NCBI RefSeq assembly: GCF_018350175.1
Contig: NC_058368.1
Coordinates: forward strand, 86,864,001-86,928,000
DNA from: Felis catus
Taxonomy: Eukaryota
Reading direction: 5' to 3'
Length of the DNA: 64,000 bases
Below, piece after piece: positions 41,830-54,107 of the stretch (position 1 is its first letter; each line of letters opens with the position of its first letter). The notes under the pieces were generated by a model. The model had not been told where the DNA came from. It made no database searches and saw only the letters and a program-made list of their open reading frames with translations. The position numbers and the translations under genes were made by a program.

Positions 41830-43000
41830 ATTGAATGTCCAGACAGGACAACTAAAGCGAAAAAGGGTGCAATCTGATGTGTCTCAAAGCTCTACATGAA
41901 GAGAGAACCTTGGCATTTCAGCTGTATTTGAAGCAAGGTCCAGGCTGGGAGGTCTTAGCACTTTCCATGCAGTGGACACCCTGTCAGGACAGCCAAAACT
42001 GAAGGGATACAGACCAGGTTTCCCAGGGTTCTATACATTGAGGGAGCCCTGTCAGAATAGCTGAAGCTGAAGTGATTGTAACCCAGGGTGTCCTGGAGTG
42101 TTCCATGCCAGGGGAGCCCTGGTAGATGGGCTGGAGTTGAGGCAGTGTGCAGGCTAGGAAGTCCTTTGGCTCTCTTTGCACAGGGTGGCCTGGCAGTATA
42201 GCTGAAATTAACATGATTGCCATCTGAGGTCTCCAAGCTTCTATGCACTTAGGACACTTTGGCAAGATAGCTGAAGCTGAAGTCAATGTAAACTGAGGTA
42301 TTCTGGGACTTTCCACACAGATGGTGCCGTGGAGGGGTTGCTGGAGTTGAGACGGGGTACAGGATGGGGTGTACTTAGGTACCATGGCAAGATAGCTAAA
42401 TGTAAAGTGGATGTGGGTCATTGTGGTCCTTGGGTTCTCTGTGCAAAATGTGCCTGTCAGTAAACTGAAGCTGAAGTGGTTGCAATATGGGTATCTTGGT
42501 GGGGAGGGGTCTCCACATTGAGGGTGCCTTGTCAAGACAGCTAAAGTTGAAATGGGTACAAGCTGGGCTGCACTGGTGTCCTCAGTGCAGGTGGTGCCCT
42601 GGTTCAGCAATTAGAGCTAAAGACAGTGCAGGTGGGAGCTTACCAGGGTGCTCTGTGTGAGGGCAACCCTAGTGGGATGGCTGGAACTAATACAGTCATG
42701 GGCTGGGTCTTCCTGGGGTAATCCATACAGGGACACCTTGGCAACATGGCCCAGTATAAAGCAGACATTAGCCAGCAGGTGCCACAGTGATCCACACATG
42801 AGATGCCCTAGCAAGCTATCTGAAGCCTAAGTTGTGTTAGCCTGGTGCTAACACACTAGTGCTTTGCACTAGTTCACCTTGGCATGAAGTTTGGAGCTGT
42901 AGTGAGCACTCCCCAAGTGTGTCTCAGTGTGTACCACCCTGTGGCCATCTTGATGGGATGTCTGGAACTATTATAAGCTAGTGGCCTGGGGCTCACTGAG
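41830..43000. repeat. degenerate tandem array of about 70-bp period (about 15-17 units) within the L1 5' UTR
   Basis: Core motif like CCCTGGCAGGATAGCTGAAGCTGAAGTG recurs near 41989, 42057, 42127, 42198, 42267, 42338, 42392, 42462, 42537, 42607, 42677, 42746, 42816, 42889 and 42958. Confidence 0.85.
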
Positions 43001-43704
43001 GAAGCATCTGGACTGTGCACAGGTCTGTGCTTTCAAGGTGGAAGGGGAGCACCAACCATGTCAGTCAGGCCCTCCCACCAAAAGAGTGTTCCAGAGTGTT
43101 CCATCAGTTTCTTCACCATTTGGCAGAATTCTGGGACTGGATCTTTTATATGCTAGTTATTCTTTTAAACTGTAGCTTTTTTTTCCCCTGTGCCCAGCTT
43201 GACCAGGGCTGGTGTAACCTGGGAGACCCAAGCTCATCTGAAGCTGCAGACTGGGTCTGGTGACTGCACTCTGCTCTGGTCTATACTTTCAAGGGGGAGG
43301 GAAATCTAAAACATATCACTCTCCAGTCCCTCTGACCCAGAGAGAGTTCCAGCAGCTTCTTGAGTGATTGGTGGAGTTCTAGAGCTTAACACTTATAAAC
43401 AAGTTGCCATTTTAAACTGTTTTTTTTTTCTGTTAACACAGGCGGAGGAATCTGTTTCCTGCCCCTGAGTTCTATCCTACCCCATTGCAGTTTGCTGTGT
43501 CAGGCGTTGGGGTTAGTTAGTTACCACTTCTCCATCCCTCTTATTGTTCTCTCTTGCTATTCTATCTTTCATTGTGCAGAATCTGTTCAGTAGGCCCTCG
43601 GTTCTTCAGGAAGAATAGCTCTATTAATAGATGTCATTTGGTGTGTTCTATGGAGAAAGTGAGTTCACGGTCTTCCTATATTGCCATCTTAAATTGGAAT
43701 TCAT

Positions 43705-44600
43705 ATAATATCCAACTTAAAATTATACACCCAGTAACCATATTTTCCAGAACTACAAACAACATAAAAATGTTTCACACATATACAAACTTGAAGAATT
43801 TGTTGTCAACAAACCTGTAAACCTGAATTAAAAGCAGAGTTATTCAGGAAAAGTAATGGTCATAAACAGGAAAAGATGTGCAAGAGAGAGGAAGAACAAC
43901 AAAACTGTTGAGAAATAAGCAATATAGAACATGGGTGGTAGAGATATGTGTACCAGTGAAAAACATGATGAAATTCATGAAAAGTTAGAATGGACTAAAG
44001 TACTTAGAGTTCCAAAAGCATAACATCTCTTGGAAAGTTAAAATAAATAATTTCCAGCAGACTGTAACAAGTCTGCATATAGCAAGGATACATGTCATAA
44101 CCCCAAGCATATACACCAAAATCATTACAAAAGAATGCAAAACTTTTGAAGTAAAGAAGAAAAAAATTGGGATAATAAAAAATGTTAATCAAAAATACAG
44201 AAAGGAGCACAAAATAAATGGAAAACAAATATTAAGAAAACAAACACAAATGTATCTAAAGTTAAAGTAAATGCAGATAAAATACTAAAATTGAAATGTT
44301 AAAATTTTATTAAAAACAAGATTATTTTCCACTTACATATTTTCAAATGATGGCAAAGAAAACATATAAAGATGGAAAATGATATACCATGCAAAACTAA
44401 ACAAGAGAAAGTTGGTGCAGTCACTCTATAGCAATACATAGGAAATAAAACATAATTTATTTGTTAGATTAAAAAAATTCATGACAGAGGGGTACTTCCA
44501 CCACAAGTATATCATAAAACAAATTCCTTGTGCATGCAATAGTTCTATTTTAGATATATGATTTAACATGACAGACTTCAAGAAAGAATGTGACAATGCA
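43705..44600 (+). mobile_element. ancient L1 (ORF1 end to ORF2 endonuclease start)
   Basis: Diverged ORF1 C-terminal pattern and GATGGAAAATGATATACCATGCAAA (W K x I Y H A, endonuclease motif). Confidence 0.65.
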
Positions 44601-45242
44601 TGCTATTTTAAATCAAGAGTCCAAATAATCAAACTTATAGAAATTGCAGCAGAGAAAAAGATCAGGGGAAGAAAATTGGCAGAGACCCATCCTGTTTTTC
44701 TCCTCAGAGTCTTAACATTCTCTCTCCACTCCTTCCTAAAAGAAGAGTAAAATAGTACTAGTTGGCCAACAACGTGTTTGCAGGCCCAACTTAGCTCAGC
44801 ATCCCATAGCGGAGTGCTACCCTCCATTTCACCCTTGCACCCTAAATTTTAAAATTAGGTTATTCTGATCCATTGTCCAGTCACTCATAGCACCTAGAAC
44901 TATTATATATTGTTTCAAGGTATTTGTTTAAAATGATATATTGATAATGATCTTCATTGTTATAGAAGGAAGTAGGCCATCTTACTTTTAAAATATTAAC
45001 AAAACAAGTTATATGCATTGGTTCAATAACAAACATTTTTTACAATCTAACAATTAGAGTTAGACTCTAATTTTTAATAGTCATTTGACTACAATTACAT
45101 ATAAAACTTTCCCATTCCTTCCTTTCTTTTTGCCAGTCTGATAAACTTAACTAATATTTAGGAACACTGTATTTATTACAAACATTCAATAAACATTTAA
45201 GTTACTGCCTGGCAATCTTAAAAGACTGTTAAAAATGATCCA

Positions 45243-45450
45243 GGGGTACCTTGGAATTACAGTCTGTTAAGCATCGACTCTTGATTTTGATTCAGGTCAT
45301 GATCTCAGGGTTCCTGAGACTGAGCCTCGCATAAGGCTCCATGCTGACGGCAAAAACTCTGCTTGGGATTTTATTTCTCCTTCTCTCTCTGCCCCACCTG
45401 CATTCACTCATGCATATGCTCTATCTCTCTCAAAATAAATAAAATTTATT
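45243..45450 (+). mobile_element. CAN-SINE (older subfamily)
   Basis: GTTAAGCATCGACTCTTGATTTTGATTCAGGTCATGATCTCAGGG body, CT-rich region, AAATAAATAAA tail. Confidence 0.88.
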
Positions 45451-46929
45451 TAGAAAAATCTATAATATCACTTGTGTATTTTTTCTCTGAGACAAAACAA
45501 AATAGAGGAAAGAAGGCTATATGGTAAACATGAAAGTTTGTGTTTGAATTCCAATGGATATTTGAAACTATGAGGATATACAGTAGAGAGACAGAGATGA
45601 TATCGTTTCATTGTGAGTACATCACACGCATAAGTTGCATTTGTGTATGGACATGCATAAACAACACCAAAATAATGAATAGAAAAGATTTTCAAATAAT
45701 TCAGTTCAATTCAGAAATAAATTTAGTTGAGGAATTTGTTATATTTATTAACTAAGAATTTAATGCCATCCCATAGCTTGTTTGTAGACTCCCTCTGCCT
45801 CACAGTGTAGAGGGCTAAATTGAACCTTTCTGATCTTTGTTTTGAACCTTTGTCTTTGAATCCATTTCCTGCCACTACTTATGTTTGTCTTTTACTGGGA
45901 AAGAGGTTTCCATTGTCTAGAACAATAAAATTGCTTTTGTAACGATGTCCACTCATCTGTCTTTGAATATCTTTTTGTCTCTATAAGACACTCCCAGTAT
46001 CTCCGTTACTCAGATTTTCTATTCCATGAAGATATTATCTTGGGATACATTGTGGTGGTATAGAGAAATAGTAGCCCAGAAAAGTCATTCCACAAGTAAT
46101 TAGTAATCAGTGCAGAGTTATTTTAATTGCTCCTCTGAGAGCCATATTAATTCAACTGTGAGAAAGTTGGTCTGAAGATGCTGTCACCTGTGGTCCCTTG
46201 TTTTTGAGTCCGGAAAGATTTCGATTGATCTTAAGTATATTAATAATACTTAAGCAAACATAAAAGAAGTCTGTTGACTGCAAACAAAAGGAGTTATAAT
46301 CCTTATTGTCAGGGTTTTTTTTTTCTAGTAACTGAACACAGGTTACTGTTTGAACATGGCGATACCCTGCAAAGAGCCAAAGTAAGTATTTTTAGACATT
46401 CTAATTATTCTAGTCACCATGAAATTGTGACCTATGTAGAAATATGTCTGAACCAAGTAACTTCTTTACTTCTTTTTTAGGAACACTGAAAGAAAAAAGT
46501 CCATCCATGGATTATAATTCAGTCCAAAAGAGGGGATACTTATTAATAATAAGTGCATTTATATTGTCCCTCTGCTTTTTAATTTTTTATTTTATATCAA
46601 ATATGCACAAGTTGGAGTTAAGAAGAAAGTCAGCGGAACTTAGGTTAGTATGCCATTACTGGTGTGGTAGGAACACTTAATATATCTGTTATTTATTTAT
46701 AAGAATATCTTCTTTAAGTAGCATCAAAGTTTAATTAGCAAAGTTGTTTAAAATGGGTTTTCAAAACCTCTAAATGTATCAAAATTTTCTTAACTGATTT
46801 AAAATTTTCTCATAAATGTAGCTTTATTGGATTTGCACATTCTACGCATCATATACACGAATCTATGATAGAGTCTTTTATTTTTCAACTGTATTGAAAA
46901 TATCTTCATTTACTTAATACCCAAAAATT

Positions 46930-47460
46930 TTATAGCACTTCTACTTCACAGTATATATCTAAAAGAATTTATAAGATCTCAAAGAGATATTTGCACACCA
47001 ATGTCCATACTAACATTTTTCACAATAGCCAAAAACCAGAAACAACTCAAATGCACATCAACTGATAAATGAGCAAACAAATTGTGTTGCATATCCATAG
47101 TGGAATATTTTTCACCATTTAAGAAAAAAGATTTTCTGGCACATTTACAGCATGGGTGAACCTTGAAGGCATTATGCTAAATAATATAACCCAGTTACAA
47201 AAAGACAAATACTGTATGATTCAACTTGTAGGAGTTATCTAGAATAAATTCATAGAATCAGAAAGTACATTGAGGCTGCCAGGGACTATGAGTAGAGAAA
47301 AATAGGAAAAAATAGGAAGCTGTCTAATGGGTATTGAGTTTCAGTGTTACAAGATAAAAAAATTTCTGGAGGTAGCACAGCAAGGTGAATGTATTTAACA
47401 CTACTGAACTGTACATTTGACAATATTCAGTAAATCCTAGGTTATCTGTGTTTACATTTA
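46930..47460 (+). mobile_element. old L1 3' region (L1MB/L1MA-like)
   Basis: GAGATATTTGCACACC...ATTATGCTAAAT...AAAGACAAATACTGTATGATTC...ACTACTGAACTGTACA motifs. Confidence 0.8.
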
Positions 47461-48383
47461 AATTTAAATTATAGAATTTAATGTACACTAGAAAATATTC
47501 AGATAGTAAATTTCAGGTTGTCTGTATTTACATTTACATCTAAATTATAGAATTTAATTTTTAAAAACCTTTTACTGACGTTTCTCTCAGTTACAAAAAT
47601 GAATGAACTCTAGTTATTCTGAATGCTGGAATATGTATATATGGTATAAATAAGGAGATAGTGTAGAGCAAGGAATAGAAGAGAAATATAGAATATTTCT
47701 ACTTTCAAAAACCGGATTTCTAACTACAGAGGTTGAAATCTGACATATAAAGTTATGTGACATCAAAAACAAATAAATCCCCATAAAATGGAATTACTAC
47801 CAGAGATCTGAGGTAAGAGTAAGTATAAGAGATTGCAGTTAAACTGCAATAGTCTTAGAGCTCTTCCAGAAGGAGGTAGATAGGTAGCTTGGTGTTGAAG
47901 ATCCCTTTAGCAAGTGTTGACAAAGAAGTTGGCAATAGCTTTGAAAGATAATGCGTAACAACCCCCTGCCTCCTGGCTCCTTCATCCATGTATTACCAGA
48001 TAAGTTATCCTTTTTTTTTTCAGAAGGCTTTGTTATGAAGTGGTTCTCAATGCCTCATTTCAATATACCTTTTGTAAGATCCTATGATTTATTAACAGTT
48101 TTCAAGCACACAACTCATGACTATAGAAAATCTTGGAATCCAGCTGATTTAATGTTCACAGAAGACTTAGTTCAGGGGTCCCATTATTTCCCTCCTAACC
48201 CGTGGAAAAAAAAGTGCCAATTGGATTGTGGACTCTGTGATAGACTCTTAAACAAGGAAAAGGAAGAGTTTAAAGTTGAATTTGTAAAATTATATTTTCC
48301 CAAATTTAGAAAATGAAATGGTTTGGAAATTAATGTATGGCTGAGATTTTCAAGAATAAACATTTCACTGGTTTCAGGTGTTC

Positions 48384-48493
48384 TAGGGTGTCCAACTGTC
48401 CCAGTTTGCTTCAGACAAGATTTCCTAAGACATGAGACTTTCAGTGGCTAAACAGGAGCAGTCCCAGGCTAACCTAGATAATTTATTACCCAA
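48384..48493. mobile_element. MER81-like hAT MITE
   Basis: TAGGGTGTCCAACTGTCCCAGTTTG ... GACTTTCAGTG ... CAGTCCCAGGC ... TTACCCAA follows the recalled 114-bp MER81 consensus, with CpG decay. Confidence 0.7.
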
Positions 48494-49037
48494 TGATGGT
48501 AGGGCCATAATTTATACTGCATTCTATTTGCATAATTTGCACTGCATTCTACTTCCCAACACATTGATTTTTCACTACTGCCATTCTTTGATATTTCCAA
48601 AGTCTTTAAAAACTGAGAAATGACCACTTTCATTTTCACTACTTAAGCTGTGAAATTAAAACATTCTCCTTGAACAAAGCCTGAATCAGAAGCACCTGTG
48701 ACTTAAACTTTCTTAACAGAAAGTTGCCTAAAATGAAATTGTCTAAAAGAAGTCATTAGGAATGTGAGAGCACAGAGTACACTGTACCACTCACTCTAGT
48801 CCCATAGAACAGGGAGGTGGCTGTGATGAGTTCCTAACAACTTGCCTTACACACGGCAGGCCATTTAAAAGTGGGCTGATGTTGTTCATGCCAGCAATAA
48901 AGATGATGACATTTGAAAACAGATTATGATGATGATGACATAGTTGATAATTTGGAAGACTAAATTGTGTTCTAGGATTTGCATCAGTATAACCCTATCT
49001 TATAAATTACAACATGAGTGAGTTTCTTCATTACATT

Positions 49038-49200
49038 CCCTGGATTCAGATCTGCCTGTCATCAATGTTTGTGTAACAGTAAGCAAGTTTGTTAAATGTA
49101 CCAAACTTTACCAACCACATCATATTTAAAATAGGGACATTAACATTATTAATTATTAACTAATCTTGTTCTCAGGACTAAACAAAATAGTAGAATAAAT
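49038..49200 (+). mobile_element. MIR fragment
   Basis: Weak similarity to the MIR core (GCAAGTTTGTTAA...TAAAATAGGGA...TTGTTCTCAGGACTAAA). Confidence 0.5.
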
Positions 49201-50309
49201 GACACATAAATAAAACATCTATATAAACTTCTAATAAATGCTCTAAGTTCTAGGAGTCAGGAAACGCACAGTGACCTCAATTTTCTCCTTCTAGGAAGGA
49301 GTTGATGCTCATTTGTCAAAGTGCCTGCATCCTGACAAACAATTCAAATCAACTTGTCTAAATTCTTTCTATAAATAGTTTAATTTATGACATAAATTTT
49401 ATTTATTCTGGTAACCAGTTATTACAAGCACATCCTTAGGTTAAATGTAATTAAATTGATATTGTTCTACAAATCAATTGGTTCTTGTAAACTGTCTCTG
49501 CTCAAAATGGATAACATAATGCCTCCCTTTAGTTTTTATGTTGTCTTCAGGGCTATCTTTCTAAAATTTGGGGCAAAACACATTTTACTTCCTCTCTCAG
49601 ATTTTTCCAAATTCTCCTTTATGCCTATAGAACAACACAATAACTTATTATAATATAATTATCTGAACAAGTCCTATCTTGTTATACTTCACATTACACA
49701 GTATTTCTATGCATTGTCTCTAGTGAAAGCCATTTCTCATATTCATTTGTATTTCATACTTCCTTATTTTTGCTTGGAAATTATTTTGCCTCTTCTTTTC
49801 TCTTTCCTTTCACACTCATTGAAAATTGCTTACCTTTCCAAAATAAAACTACATTCAATATTTTATTAGATTTTCCATAATCCTATCCAAAACCAAATTA
49901 ATTGTGCTATATTACTATACAAAATTGTTCCATATCTCTGATAATTTTCCCATCATCTTAGCACATGTTTAATAACTGTTTTACCATTACTCCTGAGAAA
50001 ATTGAGAACATATTGCATTTTCTGCATCATTAAAACTAAATATAATAACATAATGACTAGTATGAAGTGTGATCTTTAAATGTTTACTGAATGAAGGCAT
50101 CTTAATTATATTTATATTTAATTGAATTATCTTTGATTGTTATAACCCAATCTGCTTATTCTTTTATTATAATAATTATTCAATAACTTAAAATGCAAAA
50201 TTGGAAGTTCTTCCTTCCATTAATCATGAAAAAATTGCTTCATAATTAATTTAAAATTCCAAATGTTAAAACTCTGCTTAAAATCATTAGCTTTGGATTA
50301 GAAATAATG

Positions 50310-50515
50310 ATTATTGTTACATTTAATTGACAGCTCAATGTGGGCTAAAAATTGGGCTAAGAATTTGTATTCATTGTTTAATCCTCAGAGCGACTTAGTT
50401 TACCACTGTTTTTATTCTCCATTTAAACAATGAAGATAGACTGAGACTCAAAGAATACACCTTAAAAATGCAATGTCATGGACAAAAATTTCCAGAATCA
50501 AGACTTAAGCCCTAT
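50310..50515 (-). mobile_element. MIR fragment
   Basis: TTTAATCCTCA...ATTCTCCATTTAAACAATGAAG...ACTGAGACTCAAAGA is an antisense MIR core pattern. Confidence 0.55.
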
Positions 50516-52224
50516 GTGTTAACCTAATTCTAACTAAATTTTACTAATTTTGTACATCCAAATTTAAATCAATAGAAAATCTGAGTTGGATTAAACATAA
50601 TAAATAAAGAGGTGTAAATAATTCCAGATGAGAGGGACAGAAAAGGACATGGCCAAGAATCAATGGCTTTTAAGTTAGAAAACCTGGCTAAATGTGTTTC
50701 CCTGCTGATGTAAGCAGGCTTTTTTTTTTTCTTTTTAATATATACTGTGGCCTTTTAGGATTGAAGATAACATCCAAGCCAGGTATGCTTCACTTGTAGA
50801 ATTTCAATAGAAACTATTGACTACACATTGGACACCTGTAGATTGATGAAAGTATATATCTCTACCTTGAATCAATAATGGATATTTGAACAAAGCTACT
50901 ATATTCAATATATACCTTCTCTCAGTGAACCATATGATACCCCCCTTTTGGATTTTGCTTTACCTACACACAGTAAATATCCAAATTCTCACAACTAGCA
51001 CTAAGAACAAGGCCCAACCAATGCCATTAATATTGTGAAGGGGGTAGAACATTCCAAGAAGAGATGAGAAAAGGAATCTCCAGGTACCCTCACTCTATTG
51101 TTCTTCACTTAGAGACAGTGAACCAGAGATGATTTACACAATATCTTCGCAAAATTTCAACATTGTATGAAATTTCATTTTGTATCTTGGGGCTGAATTT
51201 CTCTCTCACACCCAGCTTCAGAGAACTCGATGACTAACAATTAAATAGACAAATAGCATTATTTACATTGATAGGTAACAATTCTCCAAAGGAGAATTGA
51301 AGCTTTTTTCTTCATCATTAAGGAAGGTTCAGTTTATATTTGAGTACCTATTTTGGTGGGTAAGATCACATAGGCAGGACAAGGACTGTTGTCTTATAAA
51401 TTCATCCCAAAATCTTTGATGACAGATCTCTGATTCAGATGGAATAACCAGACCAAGGCTTCCTAATCTAATTTGAAAATACATCAACACTCAGTACATC
51501 AAAGATTAGTTATTATTCATTTCAATATCAGATATTTTTAAATTAAAATATTTTAATTGAATTTTAAATATCAACTATTTTCTCTATATTTTCCTGTCCC
51601 AAGTCATATCTCATTCAGAATAAAACTCTCATTTTCTTTAAAATATTTTTATATCATTCAGTTTTGTGTATGTTTGCCATACTATTTTGTATTTTACCTG
51701 AAAGCATATAGCTGAGAGGTTAATATCAATTTGTGAAAAGTCAGACAATCTAGATGCGATAAAGGAAATTTTCAACGTTTAATGTTTGTGGGCACAGCTT
51801 TTGGGTTGCCAGGGAAGCTACACTTTTACCAAGGTCAGAATGACTTCACCAAACTTCAAACCATGGGCCCTATTTCTGACCTGAGCACACATTGTCATTT
51901 GTTTCAATAGAAAATAACCTAAAAAAAAATCCAAACCAAAGATAAGAGTGAAAATATCCCTAAGTTCCATTCCCATACCTCCAAAGCCTGCAAACTTGTA
52001 CATACTTGAAACAAAATAAAGTTTATAATTTTCTAAGATATCTTTCATCATAATTCAACAACAACAACAAAAACATACATAATTCTGTATTAAACATTCC
52101 TTCTCCAGAGCACTCTGTGTGAAGATTGTGTATCTCAGGAAGCTGTCCTCACTTGGGCTCGAATAAAACTTTATTCTTTTTTTATTATTTAGAAATTCTA
52201 AAAGTTTTGCTCATTTTGCACCAA

Positions 52225-52435
52225 GAGGGTGTCAATTCTGGCTCTTCCACTTATGAGATATGTAATTTGGCTTCTGTCCTTTTATCTGGCCCAGTGAACT
52301 GGGTTTTTTTTTTTTTTAGCAACCGAATAAAGATGGCAATATTAAAGTCCCACCATGATTGTGACAAAATGATGTAATATCTGCAGAAGATCTAACACAG
52401 AGCCTGTCACGTATCATAGATGCAAGTATTGACAG
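52225..52435 (+). mobile_element. MIR fragment
   Basis: AATTCTGGCTCTTCCACTTA...GATTGTGAC...TAACACAGAGCCTGTCACGTA matches MIR core and 3' motifs. Confidence 0.6.
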
Positions 52436-52588
52436 GTGTTACATCCTTTCACAATGAGAAAACAAGAAATAAGTCCAGGGATTCATGAGGTGATTTAGAG
52501 ATTGACAAAATATTTATTTTATGTCTGAACAGCTACACATGGTCAGTAAATTTAGAAAATCATCAGTTCATTAAAATTTAGCAAATCA

Positions 52589-52807
52589 GGGGCGCCTGGG
52601 TGGCGCAGTCGGTTAAGCGTCCGACTTCAGCCAGGTCACGATCTCGCGGTCCGTGAGTTCGAGCCCAGCGTCAGGCTCTGGGCTGATGGCTCGGAGCCTG
52701 GTGCCTGTTTCCGATTCTGTGTCTCCCTCTCTCTCTGCCCCTCCCCCGTTCATGCTCTGTCTCTCTCTGTCCCAAAATAAATAAAAAACGTTGAAAAAAA
52801 TTTAAAA
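52589..52807 (+). mobile_element. young cat-type CAN-SINE (SINEC_Fc-like)
   Basis: CpG-rich, near-consensus body; perfect TSD AAAATTTAGCAAATCA at 52573-52588 and 52808-52823, at a TT|AAAA site. Confidence 0.97.
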
Positions 52808-53957
52808 AAAATTTAGCAAATCAGTAATTCAGCTTTCATGGTTTGAGGGAGCAAATCACACTGGATGTGGTCTCCAAAATGATTTGTATTTCTTCTGTTT
52901 AGGTAACAGAAATACAATGTGATCTCTGAAAAGACAAAGAACAGTTATGAAGCATAAATTTATTATTAAACTCACAATTACTTTGAACACTTTTCCTAGA
53001 TGCAACAGGTCATAACAGTCCTAACAGTCATGCATCCATGCAAAATGCTGATTATGCATAAAAACAGATCTATCCAAATAAATAAGCAAAAAAGAAAGCA
53101 GGTGACAAATTGCTAGAGAAGTTTTGCAGAGCAATGAAAAGAACAAGAATTTCCCTCATAAATCTCTTGGATACTTTCCAGAAAACTTTTTCTAGCTGTT
53201 TCTTTCTTCTAGTATCCCTAAGAAACTTTTATACTGTCTTCATACTACCTAATATTTCTCTCTATTTATAATATTGTTAGAAATAAAAAGAGATTTCATC
53301 AGAAATATGAAGCCTATGGAGTTTCAATGGCCAGTTTATAGCTATAATAAAATGAAGATTCAATCCTAGATCTTCTATGTTCATATCTAATCTTCTTACT
53401 CTTATATGACATAACAAATTAGTTCATGAGATTTTAAGAATGTACTTCTGAAACTGAAGAAAAAATATCAGGCAGGCATTTGATTAAATTATTTAGTTCT
53501 TAGACACCAATAAATTATCCAATGGTCTCTAAATATCCAGTCTCAGGATATTCTGTTGGACTTTTTGCTGCTGAAGTCTTCCCACTATAATTAGCCCTGT
53601 CAGCTTCTATTGTTCTAGATATTTCTGCTCATGTATGTTTCAAGAAAGATAGCATATAGTTAACAATTGGTGAGATATGTAATTATTTGTACTATATTCC
53701 ATATATATGTGAATGATGTTTAAATGTTTCAACTCAAAATGGTAATACTGAAATACTTGAATATATTAATTTTTCTTATCTTTTTCTTCTCAACCACTGA
53801 CTTCAGTTTAGTGTAGTCATTAATTGCAGAATGTACATCAGAAAATTATATCCATCTGGAGGATAGAAGATATTGCCTGGAAGACAGAACTCCATCATGC
53901 TCTATCAGAAGGGAATTCTTGCTATAAAGTTGTATCAAATCGACACAAAATCACTAA

Positions 53958-53960
<3 letters not shown>

Positions 53961-53994
<34 letters not shown>

Positions 53995-54033
53995 GCACAC
54001 ACACACACACACACACACACCACACATCACACA
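53961..54033. repeat. interrupted (CA)n microsatellite just upstream of the OR coding exon
   Basis: Directly visible. Confidence 0.97.
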
Positions 54034-54107
54034 TCTCCTGATAAAATCAACCACATTATTTTAATTCCTAGTTGTTCACTCTCTGCAATGTGTGTCATCA
54101 AAGAACA

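Larger units (their letters stand above)
39680..43699 (-). mobile_element. old L1 (5' UTR with tandem array, ORF1, ORF2 start)
   Basis: YLSIITLNVNGLNAP (ORF2 start, about 40140), ORF1 coiled-coil remnants (41292-41492), 5' end TTCCAATTTAAGATGGCAATATAGGAAGACCGTGAACTCAC on the minus strand. Confidence 0.85.

Noticed and set aside
41984..42610. 208-aa minus-strand ORF as a novel gene
   Set aside because: It lies wholly within the GC-rich tandem array, and its repeated motifs rotate through frames, as expected for non-coding repeats.
41830..43000. CRISPR-like repeat-spacer appearance of the 70-bp array
   Set aside because: Units are degenerate along their whole length, linkers are homologous to each other, the context is a mammalian L1 5' UTR, and no cas genes are present.
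47951..48316. 121-aa ORF in unique sequence
   Set aside because: No recognisable domain; it spans homopolymer runs and part of AT-rich intergenic DNA, so it is likely a chance ORF.
52070..52175. Possible LTR fragment (GCTGTCCTCACTTGGGCTCGAATAAAAC)
   Set aside because: Too short, with no termini or TSD, so it cannot be supported without a database search.
52589..52670. tRNA gene
   Set aside because: The tRNA-like A/B boxes are the head of a CAN-SINE, with a CT-rich body, tail and TSD.
54072..54107. 12-aa N-terminal extension of the OR (319-aa ORF)
   Set aside because: It starts at TTG right after a likely splice acceptor; the ATG at 54108 gives the expected 307-aa protein.
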